NCBI GenBank assembly: GCA_030696525.1
Contig: JAUYSB010000187.1
Location: 290-64,289, forward strand
DNA from: Hydrogenophaga sp.
Lineage (GTDB): Bacteria; Pseudomonadota; Gammaproteobacteria; Burkholderiales; Burkholderiaceae_C
Direction of reading: 5' to 3'
Length of the DNA: 64,000 nt
Shown in pieces: positions 38,765-49,202 of the stretch (position 1 is the stretch's first letter; the number at the start of each line of letters is the position of its first letter). The notes below the pieces were generated by a model, which did no database searches, was not told the origin of the DNA, and saw nothing but the letters and a program-made list of their open reading frames with translations. The position numbers and the translations under genes were made by a program.

Positions 38765-39076
38765 TCAAGACTTGGGGTTCAACAAGCGCTGTAGTGCCGA
38801 GCGGTAGGCCAACATGTCCTCACGTTTGTCAACTGCCAGAACCAGTACCACCAATTCGCCGTTGTCTATTTGGTAAACCAAACGATAACCCTGCTTGAGC
38901 AGCTTGAGCAGCTTGATCTTGTAGCAGTCTTTCAGGTCGCCATGCAGCTCGGCACCTGGCAGGCGGGGTTGTAACAGCCGTTTTTTGAGGGCCTTTCGCA
39001 ACACCGTCTTGACGCTGCCATCCAATGCGTTTCACTCCGCCCAGGCGGCTGGAACAAATTTCAGGCGGTAAGCCAC
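38765..39076 (-). pseudogene. RelE/StbE-type toxin, inactivated
   Basis: GTG 39076: AYRLKFVPAAWAE*NALDGSVK with in-frame TGA at 39032-39034; 9-bp duplication giving KLLKLLK; GYRLVY...AVDKRE RelE motifs. Confidence 0.85.
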
Positions 39077-39089
39077 ACCCGACACTTGA

Positions 39090-39341
39090 TCAGATGTGGT
39101 CGATGTCCACTTCGATGGCCTCGTGTTTGCTGGCCAGGCGCTGGCGCACCAGCGCGGTCAACTGTTTGTCCGCCAGTTCGTCCAGCATGGCCTCGAACAA
39201 CACTGGCGTGACCATGTAGAACGCCGGGCGGTTGTGGTTGAGGACTGCCACGGGTTTGTCGCCCGCGTCCCGGAGCACCTGAGCGGGGTTTTTTTTGAAC
39301 TCCGACATGCTGATGGAATGGTCGGCGAGTATGGCTTGCAT
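39090..39341 (-). CDS. Phd/YefM (StbD-like) antitoxin
   Basis: SISMSEFKKNP...PVAVLNHNRPAFY. Confidence 0.92.
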   Translation of the reverse strand: MQAILADHSISMSEFKKNPAQVLRDAGDKPVAVLNHNRPAFYMVTPVLFEAMLDELADKQLTALVRQRLASKHEAIEVDIDHI

Positions 39342-39410
39342 GGTGGCGCGTTGAAAAAACAAAAATATAGAGCTGATTATGGCGCTGATTTTGAGCGGCA
39401 GCCGTGCCGT

Positions 39411-40751
39411 TCAAGACACCTGCCGCGTCCTCGCCAGCGGTGGGTTTTTGGCGAAGTAGCGCACGATGCCGCGCAGCAGGGCGTCGGCCAGCTGGTTCTG
39501 GTAGGCCGGGTCGAGCAGGCGCTTTTCTTCGTCGGGGTTGCTGATGAAGGCGGTTTCCACCAGCACGCTGGGGATGTCGGGGGCGCGCAGCACGGCAAAG
39601 CCGGCCTGCTCCACGCGGGGCTTGTGCAGTTTGCCCACGCGGCCGATTTCGCCCAGCACCGCGCTACCGAATTTGAGGCTGTCGTTGATCTGGGCCGTGG
39701 TGCTCATGTCCAGCAGCACGCGGCGCACACCGGCGTCTTGCGCACCGAGGTTGATGCCGCCCACCAGATCGGCCTTGTTTTCTTTCGCGGCCATCCAGCG
39801 CGCGGCCGCACTCGATGCACCCCGGTCGCTCAGCGCGTACACGCTGGCGCCTTGCGGGCGTGGGGTGTAGAAGGCGTCGGCGTGCAGGCTCACAAACAAA
39901 TCGGCTTGCACACGCCGCGCCTTGTCCACCCGCACGTGCAGCGGCACAAAGAAGTCGGCGTCGCGCGTCATGAAGGCGCGCAGCTGGTTGCCGTTGACCT
40001 GGGTGCCGTTGATGCGCGCGCGCAGGCGCTGCGCGATCTGCAGCACCACGTCTTTTTCAAACGTGCCGCCGGGGCCGATGGCGCCTGGGTCTTCGCCGCC
40101 GTGGCCGGGGTCCAGCGCCACGATGATCAGGCGGTCGGTCGCGGCGGCGCGCGCGGGCTCACGCGGGGTGGCGCTGGGCGAAAGCGCGGATGCCGGGGGG
40201 GCGCTCGGGGTCTTGGCCGGCGCGGTCTTTTGCGCGATCAGGTCGCCCAGCGGGTCGGTCTGGGGCGCGGGCGATTCGGTCACGCCGGGCGCCAGGTCTT
40301 TGAGGCGCTGGGCAATGAAGTCTTCCAGCGGGTCAGGCGGTGTGGCGGGGTAGAGGTCGAACACCAGGCGGTGCTGGTAGGCGGCCACCGGCTCCAGGCT
40401 GAAGACCTGGGGCGTGATGGGCTTCTTGAGATCGATCACCAGGCGCACCACGTTGGGCGCGTTCTGTGCCACCCGCAGGCCGGCGATGTTGGGGTCGTCG
40501 GAGCGCACCTGGCCCAGCAGCTCGCGCAGGCCGGGCAGCAGGTCGATGCCCTCGATGTCCACCGCCAGGCGCGGCGGGTCGGTGACAAAAAACTGGCGAG
40601 CGGTCAGCGCGCCGTCGGATTCGATGGTGACGCGGGTGTAGTCGCGGGCCGGCCAGATGCGCACCGCCACCACCGAGGCGCCGCGCGCGATCTGGTGGGC
40701 GCCGATGAGCAACACCAGCGCACCCTTGCCGATCAGGTCGCGCCGCTTCAT
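39411..40751 (-). CDS. amiC: N-acetylmuramoyl-L-alanine amidase with AMIN domain
   Basis: Tat-like KRRDL; RVTIES; LDPGHGGEDPGA, SLHAD, LVETAFISN; downstream of tsaE. Confidence 0.9.
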   Translation of the reverse strand: MKRRDLIGKGALVLLIGAHQIARGASVVAVRIWPARDYTRVTIESDGALTARQFFVTDPPRLAVDIEGIDLLPGLRELLGQVRSDDPNIAGLRVAQNAPNVVRLVIDLKKPITPQVFSLEPVAAYQHRLVFDLYPATPPDPLEDFIAQRLKDLAPGVTESPAPQTDPLGDLIAQKTAPAKTPSAPPASALSPSATPREPARAAATDRLIIVALDPGHGGEDPGAIGPGGTFEKDVVLQIAQRLRARINGTQVNGNQLRAFMTRDADFFVPLHVRVDKARRVQADLFVSLHADAFYTPRPQGASVYALSDRGASSAAARWMAAKENKADLVGGINLGAQDAGVRRVLLDMSTTAQINDSLKFGSAVLGEIGRVGKLHKPRVEQAGFAVLRAPDIPSVLVETAFISNPDEEKRLLDPAYQNQLADALLRGIVRYFAKNPPLARTRQVS

Positions 40752-41248
40752 GGGCGCACGGCTTCCAGCAGTTGTTGGCCCAGCGGCGTGCGGGCCATGA
40801 AGGTGAAGCGGCGGCTCAGTTCGTGGTCGTCCATGGGTTGCAGGCTCAGGTCGGCGTCGGGCGGGGGCATCGCGCCCTGGGCCTTTTCGGGCCACTCCAC
40901 GAGCTTGAGACCGGGCTGGGCGAAAAGTTCGCGAAAGCCCGCGTCTTCCCACTCGCGCGGGTCGCTGAAGCGGTAGAAGTCGAAGTGCCAGATGTTCAGT
41001 GTGGCGCTGGGTGCATCCGGCCAGGCGGCCGGCCAGGGCGCCTCATGCGGCTCCACCACGGTGTAGGTCGGGCTCTTGATGCGCCCTTGAACGCCCAGTG
41101 CACGCAGCAGGTGGCGCACCAGCGTGGTCTTGCCCGCACCCAGGTCGCCATGCAGGGCAAGCACCGCGTTGGCCAGCGCGGGTGAGCGTGCCAGCGTTTC
41201 CGCCAGCGCCTGGGTCTGCGTCTCGTCCTGCAGCAGCGTGCGCCACAC
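40748..41248 (-). CDS. tsaE: tRNA threonylcarbamoyladenosine biosynthesis ATPase
   Basis: GDLGAGKTT, KSPTY, HFDFYR, VEWP; start approximate. Confidence 0.93.
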   Translation of the reverse strand: MWRTLLQDETQTQALAETLARSPALANAVLALHGDLGAGKTTLVRHLLRALGVQGRIKSPTYTVVEPHEAPWPAAWPDAPSATLNIWHFDFYRFSDPREWEDAGFRELFAQPGLKLVEWPEKAQGAMPPPDADLSLQPMDDHELSRRFTFMARTPLGQQLLEAVRP

Positions 41249-41284
41249 GCTGTCGGGTGTGGGGGCGCTGCCTACAATGCTGGT

Positions 41285-42373
41285 GTGTCCGATGCTGCTC
41301 AACTCGTCTCGCAAATACAGGCCTGGGGCCGGGAACTGGGATTTTCCCAAATTGGCGTGACGGGTGTCGATCTTTCGAGCGCCGAGACTGGTTTGTTGGC
41401 CTGGCTGGCCGCCGGTTGCCATGGCGAGATGGGCTACATGGCCCAGCATGGCCTCAAACGCGCACGGCCCGCCGAGCTGTTGCCGGGCACACTCAGCGTG
41501 ATCACCGCGCGACTGGACTACCTGCCCACCCACACGCCCGAGGCCTGGCCCGCGCTGGAACTGGCGCGCCAGCAGCGCCCCGGCGAAGCCGTCATTTCGC
41601 TCTACGCCCGGGGCCGCGACTACCACAAGGTCTTTCGCCAACGCCTGCAAAAACTGGGCGAACGCATCGCGCAGGCGGTCGCACCCCTGGCCCACCGCGC
41701 TTTCACCGACTCGGCCCCGGTGCTGGAGGCCGAGCTGGCGGTGCGCAGTGGCCTGGGCTGGCGGGGCAAACACACGCTGGTGCTGCAGCGCGAGGCGGGT
41801 TCCATGTTCTTTTTGGGTGAGGTGTTTGTGGACATGGCCTTGCCGCCCACCGCGCCCACCAGCGCGCACTGCGGCCAGTGTTCGGCCTGCATCACGGCCT
41901 GCCCCACGGGCGCCATCGTCGCGCCTTACCAACTGGATGCACGCCGTTGCATTTCTTACCTCACCATCGAACACGCCGGCCCCATCCCGCTTGAGTTGCG
42001 TCCGCTGCTGGGTAACCGCATCTACGGCTGCGACGACTGCCAGCTGGTCTGTCCCTGGAACAAGTTTGCGCAGCGCAGCCCGCTGCCCGATTTCGAGCCG
42101 CGCGCCGGTTTGAGCGGTGCCACGCTGGTGGACCTGTTTGCCTGGGAGGAGGCCGAATTTCTGCAACGCACCGAAGGCAGCGCCATCCGCCGCATCGGGC
42201 ACGAACGCTGGCTGCGCAACATCGCCGTGGCGCTGGGCAACGCGCTGGCGGCGGGCGAGGCGGCCGCGCCCTTGGAGGCCGCCTTGCACAGCCGCAGCGC
42301 CCACCCCAGCGCGCTGGTGCGCGAACACGTGGCGTGGGCGCTGGCGCAGGGCTCCGATACCATGCGTTCATGA
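41285..42373 (+). CDS. queG: Epoxyqueuosine reductase
   Basis: YARGRDYHK, CGQCSACITACPTGA, CISYLTIE, GCDDCQLVCPWN. Confidence 0.96.
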   Translation: MSDAAQLVSQIQAWGRELGFSQIGVTGVDLSSAETGLLAWLAAGCHGEMGYMAQHGLKRARPAELLPGTLSVITARLDYLPTHTPEAWPALELARQQRPGEAVISLYARGRDYHKVFRQRLQKLGERIAQAVAPLAHRAFTDSAPVLEAELAVRSGLGWRGKHTLVLQREAGSMFFLGEVFVDMALPPTAPTSAHCGQCSACITACPTGAIVAPYQLDARRCISYLTIEHAGPIPLELRPLLGNRIYGCDDCQLVCPWNKFAQRSPLPDFEPRAGLSGATLVDLFAWEEAEFLQRTEGSAIRRIGHERWLRNIAVALGNALAAGEAAAPLEAALHSRSAHPSALVREHVAWALAQGSDTMRS

Positions 42374-43185
42374 GCACCGAGCCGCTGCCCCTGCTGACCT
42401 TGCGCGACCTCGGCCGCGCCGCGTTGCGCTGGAGCGCGCAGTGGGTCTACATCGCACGGCTGGCGGCGCAGATCATGGCCTGGGCCTTGTCGCCGGGCAG
42501 CTACCCGCGCGCCTTGCGACCGGTGATGGCGCGCCACCTCTACCAGTCGGCCGGGCCCTCGCTGCTGTGGTACGTGCTCATGTTTGGCCTGTTCAGCCTG
42601 GTGCTGGTGCGCATCGTGGTGGTGTCGGCGCAAAGCTATGGTCTGTCGCGTTACGCGCTGGAGATGGTGGTGCGCGTGCTGGTGCTGGAGCTGCTGCCGC
42701 TCGCCGCTGCGCTGTTTGTGGCCATGCGTTGTGCCATCCCTTACGGCTCGGAAGTGGCTTCCCTGCGCGCCAGTGGCCGTTTCGACACCTTGAGCAAACA
42801 AGGCGTGGACCCCATGCGCCAGGAGGTGTTGCCGCGTGTGGTGGCCGGCGTGTTCGCGGTGTGGCTGTTCACCGCGTTCAGCGCGGTGGTCACGCTGGTG
42901 GTGAGTTACCTGGTGGTCTACGGTTACACGCCCTTTGGCTGGCTGCCTTACACCCGCACCGTGGGCCAGGTGTTCGGGCCGGCCGTCACCCTGGTGTTTG
43001 TGGTCAAGACGCTGCTGTTCAGCCTGGCCGTGGCGGTGGTGCCCATGGCGGCCGCCACCTGGACGCCGCCGCCCGGGCGCGCCGCGCAGGGTGCGGCCGC
43101 CAGCGCCGAGCTGCAGGGCCTGGTGCGCATGTTCATGATGCTGTTGCTGTTCGAGGGCCTGTCCCTGCTCGGCAACTACTATTGA
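42370..43185 (+). CDS. MlaE-family ABC permease
   Basis: ELLPLAAALFVA...GSEVASLR...GVDP...VLPR. Confidence 0.82.
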   Translation: MSTEPLPLLTLRDLGRAALRWSAQWVYIARLAAQIMAWALSPGSYPRALRPVMARHLYQSAGPSLLWYVLMFGLFSLVLVRIVVVSAQSYGLSRYALEMVVRVLVLELLPLAAALFVAMRCAIPYGSEVASLRASGRFDTLSKQGVDPMRQEVLPRVVAGVFAVWLFTAFSAVVTLVVSYLVVYGYTPFGWLPYTRTVGQVFGPAVTLVFVVKTLLFSLAVAVVPMAAATWTPPPGRAAQGAAASAELQGLVRMFMMLLLFEGLSLLGNYY

Positions 43186-43210
43186 GTCCCTGACACCGCC
43201 TGGGCAACAC

Positions 43211-44203
43211 GTGGCTTCCTCATCCTCCCCTTCACCCGGCAAGGCACCACCCGGCCTGTCGCGCATCGAGTTCAAGGCCGCCTTGCTCATGCTGCTGTTC
43301 GTGCTGTTGGTCGTGGGCTCTGGCCTGTACCTGCTCTACGCGCGCGGCGCCTTCGAGGCCCAGCAAACCGTGGTGCTGGTGGCCGACGACTCCGAGGGCG
43401 TGACCGTCGGCATGGACCTGACCTTTTCGGGTTTCCCGATAGGGCGCGTGCGCCGCATCGAGCTGTCCGAAGAGGGCAACGCGCGCATCCTGATCGCTGT
43501 GCCCGTGCGCGATGCCCGCTGGCTGCGCCAAAGCAGCATCTTCACCATGGAGCGCAGCGTGGTGGGCAGCGTGCGCCTGCGCGCCTTCAGCGGCGTGCTC
43601 GACGACCCGCCGCTGCCCGATGGCGCCGAGCGCCGCGTGCTGCTGGGCGACGCCACCGCCGAGATCCCGCAGGTGGTGGCCACCGCGCGCGAGCTGCTCA
43701 ACAACCTCACCACCATGACCAACGCGCAGTCGGCGCTCAACACCACACTGCAGCAGACGCAGCTGCTGACCGAAAAGCTCAACGGCCCACAAGGCGCGCT
43801 GGGCGTGCTGGCCGGCAACGACGCCGACCGCCAGCGCCTGGCCGCCACACTGGCCCAGGCGGACACGCTGATGAAGCGCCTCAACAGCCTGACCCAACGC
43901 ACCGAGGGACTGGTGGCCAACGCCGACCGCCGCGTGCTGGGCGAGGGCGGCCTGGTGACCGACGTGCAGGCCCTGGTGCAGCAGATGAACACCGCCTTGG
44001 GCGAGGCCCGGCAGAGCTTGAAGAAGGTCGATGCGGTGCTGGTGGAGGCCCAAGGCATTGCCAGCAACACCCGCGAAGCCACCGTGGACCTGGGCGCCCT
44101 GCGCACCGAGGTGGAGGCCAGCTTGCGCAAGGTCGAAGCCCTGGTCAACGAGGTCAACCGCAAATGGCCGTTCGCGCGCGACACCGACATCAAATTGCCA
44201 TGA
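43211..44203 (+). CDS. MlaD/MCE-family protein
   Basis: TM, then GVTVGMDLTFSGFPIGRV (MCE domain), then a helical C-terminus. Confidence 0.85.
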   Translation: MASSSSPSPGKAPPGLSRIEFKAALLMLLFVLLVVGSGLYLLYARGAFEAQQTVVLVADDSEGVTVGMDLTFSGFPIGRVRRIELSEEGNARILIAVPVRDARWLRQSSIFTMERSVVGSVRLRAFSGVLDDPPLPDGAERRVLLGDATAEIPQVVATARELLNNLTTMTNAQSALNTTLQQTQLLTEKLNGPQGALGVLAGNDADRQRLAATLAQADTLMKRLNSLTQRTEGLVANADRRVLGEGGLVTDVQALVQQMNTALGEARQSLKKVDAVLVEAQGIASNTREATVDLGALRTEVEASLRKVEALVNEVNRKWPFARDTDIKLP

Positions 44204-44883
44204 CACGTTTCATCCTGCCTTTGCTGGCCGCTGCGTTGACCGCGTGCAGCAGCACCCCACCCCCGCCCGACTGGGCGGTGAACGCACAGGGCTCGCTCGC
44301 GCGTTCGGTGGACGCCTACCTCAGCGGCAACGCGCGCGTGGCCACACTGGAGCTGGAGCGCGCCCGCGCCGAGGTGGCCCGCACCGGCGCGCCCGAGCGG
44401 CTGGCGCGCCTGGAACTGGTGCACTGCGCGGCCGAGGTGGCCAGCCTGGAATTCAATGCCTGCCCCAATTACCGGGCGCTGGCTCCGGACGCCGCCGCGC
44501 CCGAACAGGCCTACGCCCGCTACCTGCTGGCGCAGGCTGCACCCGCTGATGCGGCGCAATTGCCCGAGGCGCACCGCGCCCTCCTTGCTTTGGCGCCGGC
44601 CGATGCGCCTGCGCGGCTGGCCGCCATCGCCGACCCGCTGTCGCGCCTGGTGGCTGCGGGCGTGCTCTTGCGTGCCGAACGCGCCACGCCGGGTGTGTTC
44701 ACAGTGGCCGTGGACACCGCCAGTGCACAAGGCTGGCGCCGCCCCTTGCTGGCCTGGCTGCAGCTGGCGCAGCAGCGCGCCCAGGCGGCCGGGCAGACGG
44801 AGGAAGCGGCGCGCCTGCAGCGGCGGCTTGAACTGGTGACGCGGGGCGGGCGCGCCGGTGGGGCCTCAGCCCCGGCCCAATGA
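44200..44883 (+). CDS. Putative lipoprotein
   Basis: LTAC lipobox; ATGA overlap with the MlaD-family gene. Confidence 0.75.
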   Translation: MTRFILPLLAAALTACSSTPPPPDWAVNAQGSLARSVDAYLSGNARVATLELERARAEVARTGAPERLARLELVHCAAEVASLEFNACPNYRALAPDAAAPEQAYARYLLAQAAPADAAQLPEAHRALLALAPADAPARLAAIADPLSRLVAAGVLLRAERATPGVFTVAVDTASAQGWRRPLLAWLQLAQQRAQAAGQTEEAARLQRRLELVTRGGRAGGASAPAQ

Positions 44884-45786
44884 GCCCAGCACGCCCAGCG
44901 CAAACGGCAGGCTCAGCATGCCCAGCAGCGTGGACAGCGTGACCAGCCCGGCCACGTAGGCGCCGTTGTAGCCCATGCGCGCGGCCAGCACATAGCAGCT
45001 GGAGGCGGTGGGCACGGCCGAAAACATCAGCAGCACCAAGGTTTGGGTGGCGTCGAGCGCGAACAGGCGCGACATGCCAAAGGCCACCAGCGGCAGCACA
45101 AAGTGCTTGAGCGACAGCACCGCCACGCCCAGCGCCTTGGCGCTGGCCAGGCTGCCCAGCTGCATGCCGGCGCCGGCGGCCATCAGGCCCAGCGCCAGCG
45201 AGGCCTGGCCGATGCGGTTGACCGTGGGATCCAGCCAGGGCGGGATCTGCAAACCCATCAGGTTGGCCGTCAGGCCGCTGGCGGTGGCAATGATCAGCGG
45301 GTTGCGCAGCAGCTCGCGCCCAAAGCCGCGCTGCGCATGGCGGGCCATGGGCCAGACCGCGCCCATGTTGAACAGCGGCACACAAAAACCGATCAGCACG
45401 GCGATCAGCTGCAGGCCCTGGGGACCGACCACCTTGTCGGCCAGGGCCAGGGCGATGAAGGAGTTGAAACGAAAGCCCACCTGGGCACTGGCGGCGTGCA
45501 GGCGCGGGTCCAGATGCTTGCCCAGCCCCGGCCAGCGCGGCAGCGAATACGACAGCGCGATCGCCACCAGCGCCATCGAGATGCCGGCGCCGATCAGCCC
45601 CGAGGTGGCACTCAGGTCCAGCGGGCTCTTGACGATGGAGCGGAACAGCAGGACCGGGAACAGGAAGAGATACACCAGGCTGTCCACCTGCTCCCAGACC
45701 TTGCGGTTGAGGGCGGTCAGGCGGCACAGCAGGTAGCCGATCAGGATCAGCGAGAAGTCGGGAAACAGCAGTTGGGCAAAGTTCAC
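44866..45786 (-). CDS. AEC-family transporter
   Basis: [33 protein letters not shown]; many TMs. Confidence 0.88.
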   Translation of the reverse strand: MNFAQLLFPDFSLILIGYLLCRLTALNRKVWEQVDSLVYLFLFPVLLFRSIVKSPLDLSATSGLIGAGISMALVAIALSYSLPRWPGLGKHLDPRLHAASAQVGFRFNSFIALALADKVVGPQGLQLIAVLIGFCVPLFNMGAVWPMARHAQRGFGRELLRNPLIIATASGLTANLMGLQIPPWLDPTVNRIGQASLALGLMAAGAGMQLGSLASAKALGVAVLSLKHFVLPLVAFGMSRLFALDATQTLVLLMFSAVPTASSCYVLAARMGYNGAYVAGLVTLSTLLGMLSLPFALGVLGSLGRG

Positions 45787-45927
45787 CGGCGCGAGGATAC
45801 AAGGGTTTGCCCGTGGGGGATTCCATGCGGTCGGGAACCTTCACCCTTCATTTATATTCGCAGCTGGTTGCGGTGCAGCAGATTGGGCGCCGCGTGCTGT
45901 TTTTTCATCTCATCAGGAGACCCCGAC

Positions 45928-46896
45928 ATGATGTTTCGCCGTGAAGTGCTGACCCTTGCCGCCCTGGCCACCCTCAGTGGCGCCGCGTTTGCCCAGGCTT
46001 ACCCGAACCGCCCCGTCAAGCTGCAGGTGCCATTCGCGCCCGGCGGCACCACCGACATCATCGCGCGTGTGATGTCCGAGCCGCTGGGCAAGGAGCTGGG
46101 CCAGTCGGTGGTGGTGGAAAACAAGGCCGGTGGCGGCGGTGTGGTGGGCGCCACCGAACTCGCCCGTGCCGCGCCCGACGGTTATCTGCTGGGCATGGCC
46201 ACCGTGTCCACCACGGCGGCCAACCCGGCCATCAACGCCAAGATCAGCTACAACCCGCTGACCGATTTCATCGCCATCACCAACATCGCGGCCACGCCCA
46301 ACGTGATCGCGGTGCACCCCAGCTTTCCGGCCAAGGACTACGCCGGCTTCATTGCCGAGCTGAAGAAGAACCCGGGCAAATACTCCTACGCATCGTCGGG
46401 CACCGGCGGCATTGGCCACCTGCAGACCGAGCTGTTCAAGAGCCTGGCCGGCGTCTTCATGACGCACATCCCCTACCGCGGTGCGGGCCCGGCCCTCAAC
46501 GACACCGTGGCCGGCCAGGTGCCCATCATTTTCGACAACCTGCCGTCTGCACTGCCCTTCATCAACACCGGCAAGCTGGTGCCCATCGTGGTGGCTGCGC
46601 CCCAGCGTCTGGCCGCGCTGCCCAACGTGCCCACCTTCAAGGACGTGGGCCTGGAGCCGGTCAACCGCATGGCCTACTACGGCCTGCTGGCGCCCAAGGG
46701 CACGCCCGCCGACATCGTGAACAAGGTGCACGGCGCCGCCATGAAGGCCCTGGCCGATCCGGCGGTGCGCAAGCGCATCGAAGACACGGGTTCGCTGATC
46801 GTGGCCAACACGCCAGCCCAGTTCTCTGAGCAGATCAAGGCCGAACTCGCTGTCTACAAGCAGGTGGTGGACAAGCAGAAGCTCAAGCTTGACTGA
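45928..46896 (+). CDS. Bug/TctC tripartite tricarboxylate transporter substrate-binding protein
   Basis: [33 protein letters not shown]; AGGAGA RBS. Confidence 0.93.
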   Translation: MMFRREVLTLAALATLSGAAFAQAYPNRPVKLQVPFAPGGTTDIIARVMSEPLGKELGQSVVVENKAGGGGVVGATELARAAPDGYLLGMATVSTTAANPAINAKISYNPLTDFIAITNIAATPNVIAVHPSFPAKDYAGFIAELKKNPGKYSYASSGTGGIGHLQTELFKSLAGVFMTHIPYRGAGPALNDTVAGQVPIIFDNLPSALPFINTGKLVPIVVAAPQRLAALPNVPTFKDVGLEPVNRMAYYGLLAPKGTPADIVNKVHGAAMKALADPAVRKRIEDTGSLIVANTPAQFSEQIKAELAVYKQVVDKQKLKLD

Positions 46897-47815
46897 GCCT
46901 GACCCGGCGCTGGTGGCCGCCACCCTGTCTGCGGTGGACGCGGACGCCAGCGCCTTTGTCGACGCCCTCTGGCTGGAAGAGGGCTTGTCGCGCAACACGC
47001 TCGATGCCTACCGGCGCGATCTGGTCCTGCTGGGCCAGTGGCTGGCCGGGCAGGGCAAACGGCTGCAGGATTGCCGTGAGGCCGATCTGAACGGCTACTT
47101 CGCCGCCCGCCACGCCCAGACCCGCGCCACCACCGCCAATCGGCGCCTCACCGTCTTCAAGCGCTACTTCCGCTGGGCGCTGCGCGAGCGCCTCATCACC
47201 GCCGACCCCACCTTGCGCCTGCAGGCCGCCAAGCAGCCTATGCGCGTGCCCAAGACCCTGACCGAAGCCCAGGTCGAGGCCTTGCTCAACGCGCCCGACG
47301 TGGGCACGCCGCTGGGCCTGCGCGACCGCGCCATGCTGGAGCTGATGTACGCCAGCGGCCTGCGCGTGAGCGATCTGGTGGAGCTGCGCACCTTCCAGGT
47401 CAGCCAGAGCGAACACGTGCTGCGCGTGACCGGCAAAGGCAACAAGGAACGCCTGGTGCCCTTTGGCCTGCTGGCGGGCGAGTGGCTGCAGCGCTATCTG
47501 GCAGAAGCCCGCAGCGCCATTTTGGGCGGGCAGCAGACCGAGGACTTGTTCGTGACCGCGCGCGGCGCCGGCATGACGCGCGTGATGTTCTGGACCCTGG
47601 TGAAAAAACACGCGCTGACCGCCGACATCCGCAGCCCCTTGTCGCCACACACCTTGCGCCACGCGTTTGCCACCCACCTGCTCAACCACGGTGCCGATTT
47701 GCGCGCCGTGCAACTGCTGCTGGGCCACGCCGACATTTCCACCACCACCATCTACACCCACGTGGCGCGCGAACGGCTCAAAGACCTGCATGCGCAGCAC
47801 CACCCGCGTGGCTGA
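46889..47815 (+). CDS. xerD: Site-specific tyrosine recombinase XerD
   Basis: [64 protein letters not shown]. Confidence 0.95.
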   Translation: MTEPDPALVAATLSAVDADASAFVDALWLEEGLSRNTLDAYRRDLVLLGQWLAGQGKRLQDCREADLNGYFAARHAQTRATTANRRLTVFKRYFRWALRERLITADPTLRLQAAKQPMRVPKTLTEAQVEALLNAPDVGTPLGLRDRAMLELMYASGLRVSDLVELRTFQVSQSEHVLRVTGKGNKERLVPFGLLAGEWLQRYLAEARSAILGGQQTEDLFVTARGAGMTRVMFWTLVKKHALTADIRSPLSPHTLRHAFATHLLNHGADLRAVQLLLGHADISTTTIYTHVARERLKDLHAQHHPRG

Positions 47816-47819
47816 GGCC

Positions 47820-47844
47820 TTGCCCCTGTCGGTGGCAGGGGCAA
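47820..47844. terminator. GC-rich hairpin after xerD
   Basis: ttgcccctg-N7-caggggcaa perfect 9-bp stem; no clear U-tract. Confidence 0.4.
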
Positions 47845-47928
47845 CACACACCGGGGGCCGGTGGGTGTAGTGTGCTGTCGGCGGCTGGGTTGCCGCGCGG
47901 CGTTCCTTTTTTCCGACGGAGTTTCACC

Positions 47929-48165
47929 ATGAAAAAGTTGCTGGTGGCCATCGCGGCCACGCTGGTGTCGTCATGGGCCCTGGCCCACAACTGCCCCAAC
48001 GAAATGAAGGCCATCGACGCCAAGCTGCCCAGCGTGCAGCTCAGCGCCGACAACATGACCAAGGTCAAGGGCTTGCGCGCCCAGGGCGAGAAGTTGCACA
48101 AGGAAGGCAAACACACCGAGTCGATGGCGGCGCTGGCCGAAGCCAAGAAGATGCTTGGGATGTGA
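47929..48165 (+). CDS. Small secreted protein
   Basis: GGAG RBS; signal peptide MKKLLVAIAATLVSSWALA; HNCP...GEKLHKEGKH. Confidence 0.75.
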   Translation: MKKLLVAIAATLVSSWALAHNCPNEMKAIDAKLPSVQLSADNMTKVKGLRAQGEKLHKEGKHTESMAALAEAKKMLGM

Positions 48166-48205
48166 GGGCGCGGCAGGGGGCGCGGCAGGGGGCGCGGGAG
48201 GGGCG
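48166..48205. repeat. About three copies of a 12-bp G-rich tandem repeat (GGGGCGCGGCAG)
   Basis: gggcgcggcag-ggggcgcggcag-ggggcgcgggag-gggcg, intergenic upstream of the LysR gene. Confidence 0.7.
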
Positions 48206-48237
48206 GTGCACAATGCCGCACCACCTGTTCCGCCGCC

Positions 48238-49128
48238 ATGCTCCCCGATCTCGTTTCCCTTCAGCTGTTCCAACGCACGGTCGAACTGCGCAGCCTGTCG
48301 CGGGCGGCCGCACTGTGCCACCTGTCGCTGTCGGCCGCGAGCCGGCGCATCGCCGCACTTGAGCACCACTTCCACACGCCGCTGCTGGAGCGCGCCCACA
48401 ACGGTGTGGCGCCCACGCCGGCCGGCGAGGCGCTGGCCCGCCATGCCCAGACGCTGATGCGCGATGTGGACCTGATGCAAGGCGATCTGTCGGACTACGC
48501 GCGTGGCACCGTGGGGCGCGTGCGCCTCTACGTCAACACCTCGGCCCTGAGCCAGGACTTGCCGGAGCGGCTGGCGCAATGGACCACCCAACACCCCGAC
48601 ATCAAGGTCGATGTGCAGGAGGTGCGCAGCGGGCGCATCGTGGACGCGGTGCGCGAAGGCTTGGCCGACATCGGCATCGTCACCACCGCACCCGTGCCCG
48701 ACCTGCGCTTTGAACCTTATGGCCACGACCGCCTGTGTGTGGTGGTGTCGCAGCGCCACCCGCTCAAGGCGCGCTCGGTCGCCTTTGAAGCGCTGCTGGA
48801 ACACGAGTTCGTGGGCCTGGACAACTCGGCCGCGCTGACCCAGGCCATGAAGCAGGCGGCCGAAGCGGCGGGCAAGTTCCTGCGGCTCCGCATCCAGGTG
48901 CAGTCCTTCGAGGGTGTGTGCCGCCTGGTGGCGGCGGGGCAGGGCATTGCGGTGTTGCCCGAAGGCGCGGTCGAGGCGTTCCGCGTGCCGTTGAAGCTGC
49001 GCTTCATGCGGCTGACCGATGGCTGGGCCGACCGGCCCATGCACGTGTGTGTCAAGCCCGGCGTGTTGCAGGCACCCACGCGGCGCCTGCTGCGGTTTCT
49101 GACCGGGGTGGCACAAGGGGCCACTTGA
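48238..49128 (+). CDS. LysR-family transcriptional regulator
   Basis: SLSRAA...SAASRRIAALE...PTPAGEAL; substrate-binding domain. Confidence 0.95.
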   Translation: MLPDLVSLQLFQRTVELRSLSRAAALCHLSLSAASRRIAALEHHFHTPLLERAHNGVAPTPAGEALARHAQTLMRDVDLMQGDLSDYARGTVGRVRLYVNTSALSQDLPERLAQWTTQHPDIKVDVQEVRSGRIVDAVREGLADIGIVTTAPVPDLRFEPYGHDRLCVVVSQRHPLKARSVAFEALLEHEFVGLDNSAALTQAMKQAAEAAGKFLRLRIQVQSFEGVCRLVAAGQGIAVLPEGAVEAFRVPLKLRFMRLTDGWADRPMHVCVKPGVLQAPTRRLLRFLTGVAQGAT

Positions 49129-49202
49129 CTCACCGGCCGGCCAAGCGTGTACGCTGGCGGCAGGGCGCCACATTGGGGCGTTCGTCACAAGGGAAACACA
49201 CG

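Noticed and set aside
39032-39034. TGA in the toxin as selenocysteine or read-through
   Set aside because: The position corresponds to Trp rather than Cys, a second lesion is present, and TGA is the usual stop codon in this window.
46889-47815. Tyrosine recombinase as a mobile-element integrase
   Set aside because: Canonical XerD sequence in a housekeeping context.
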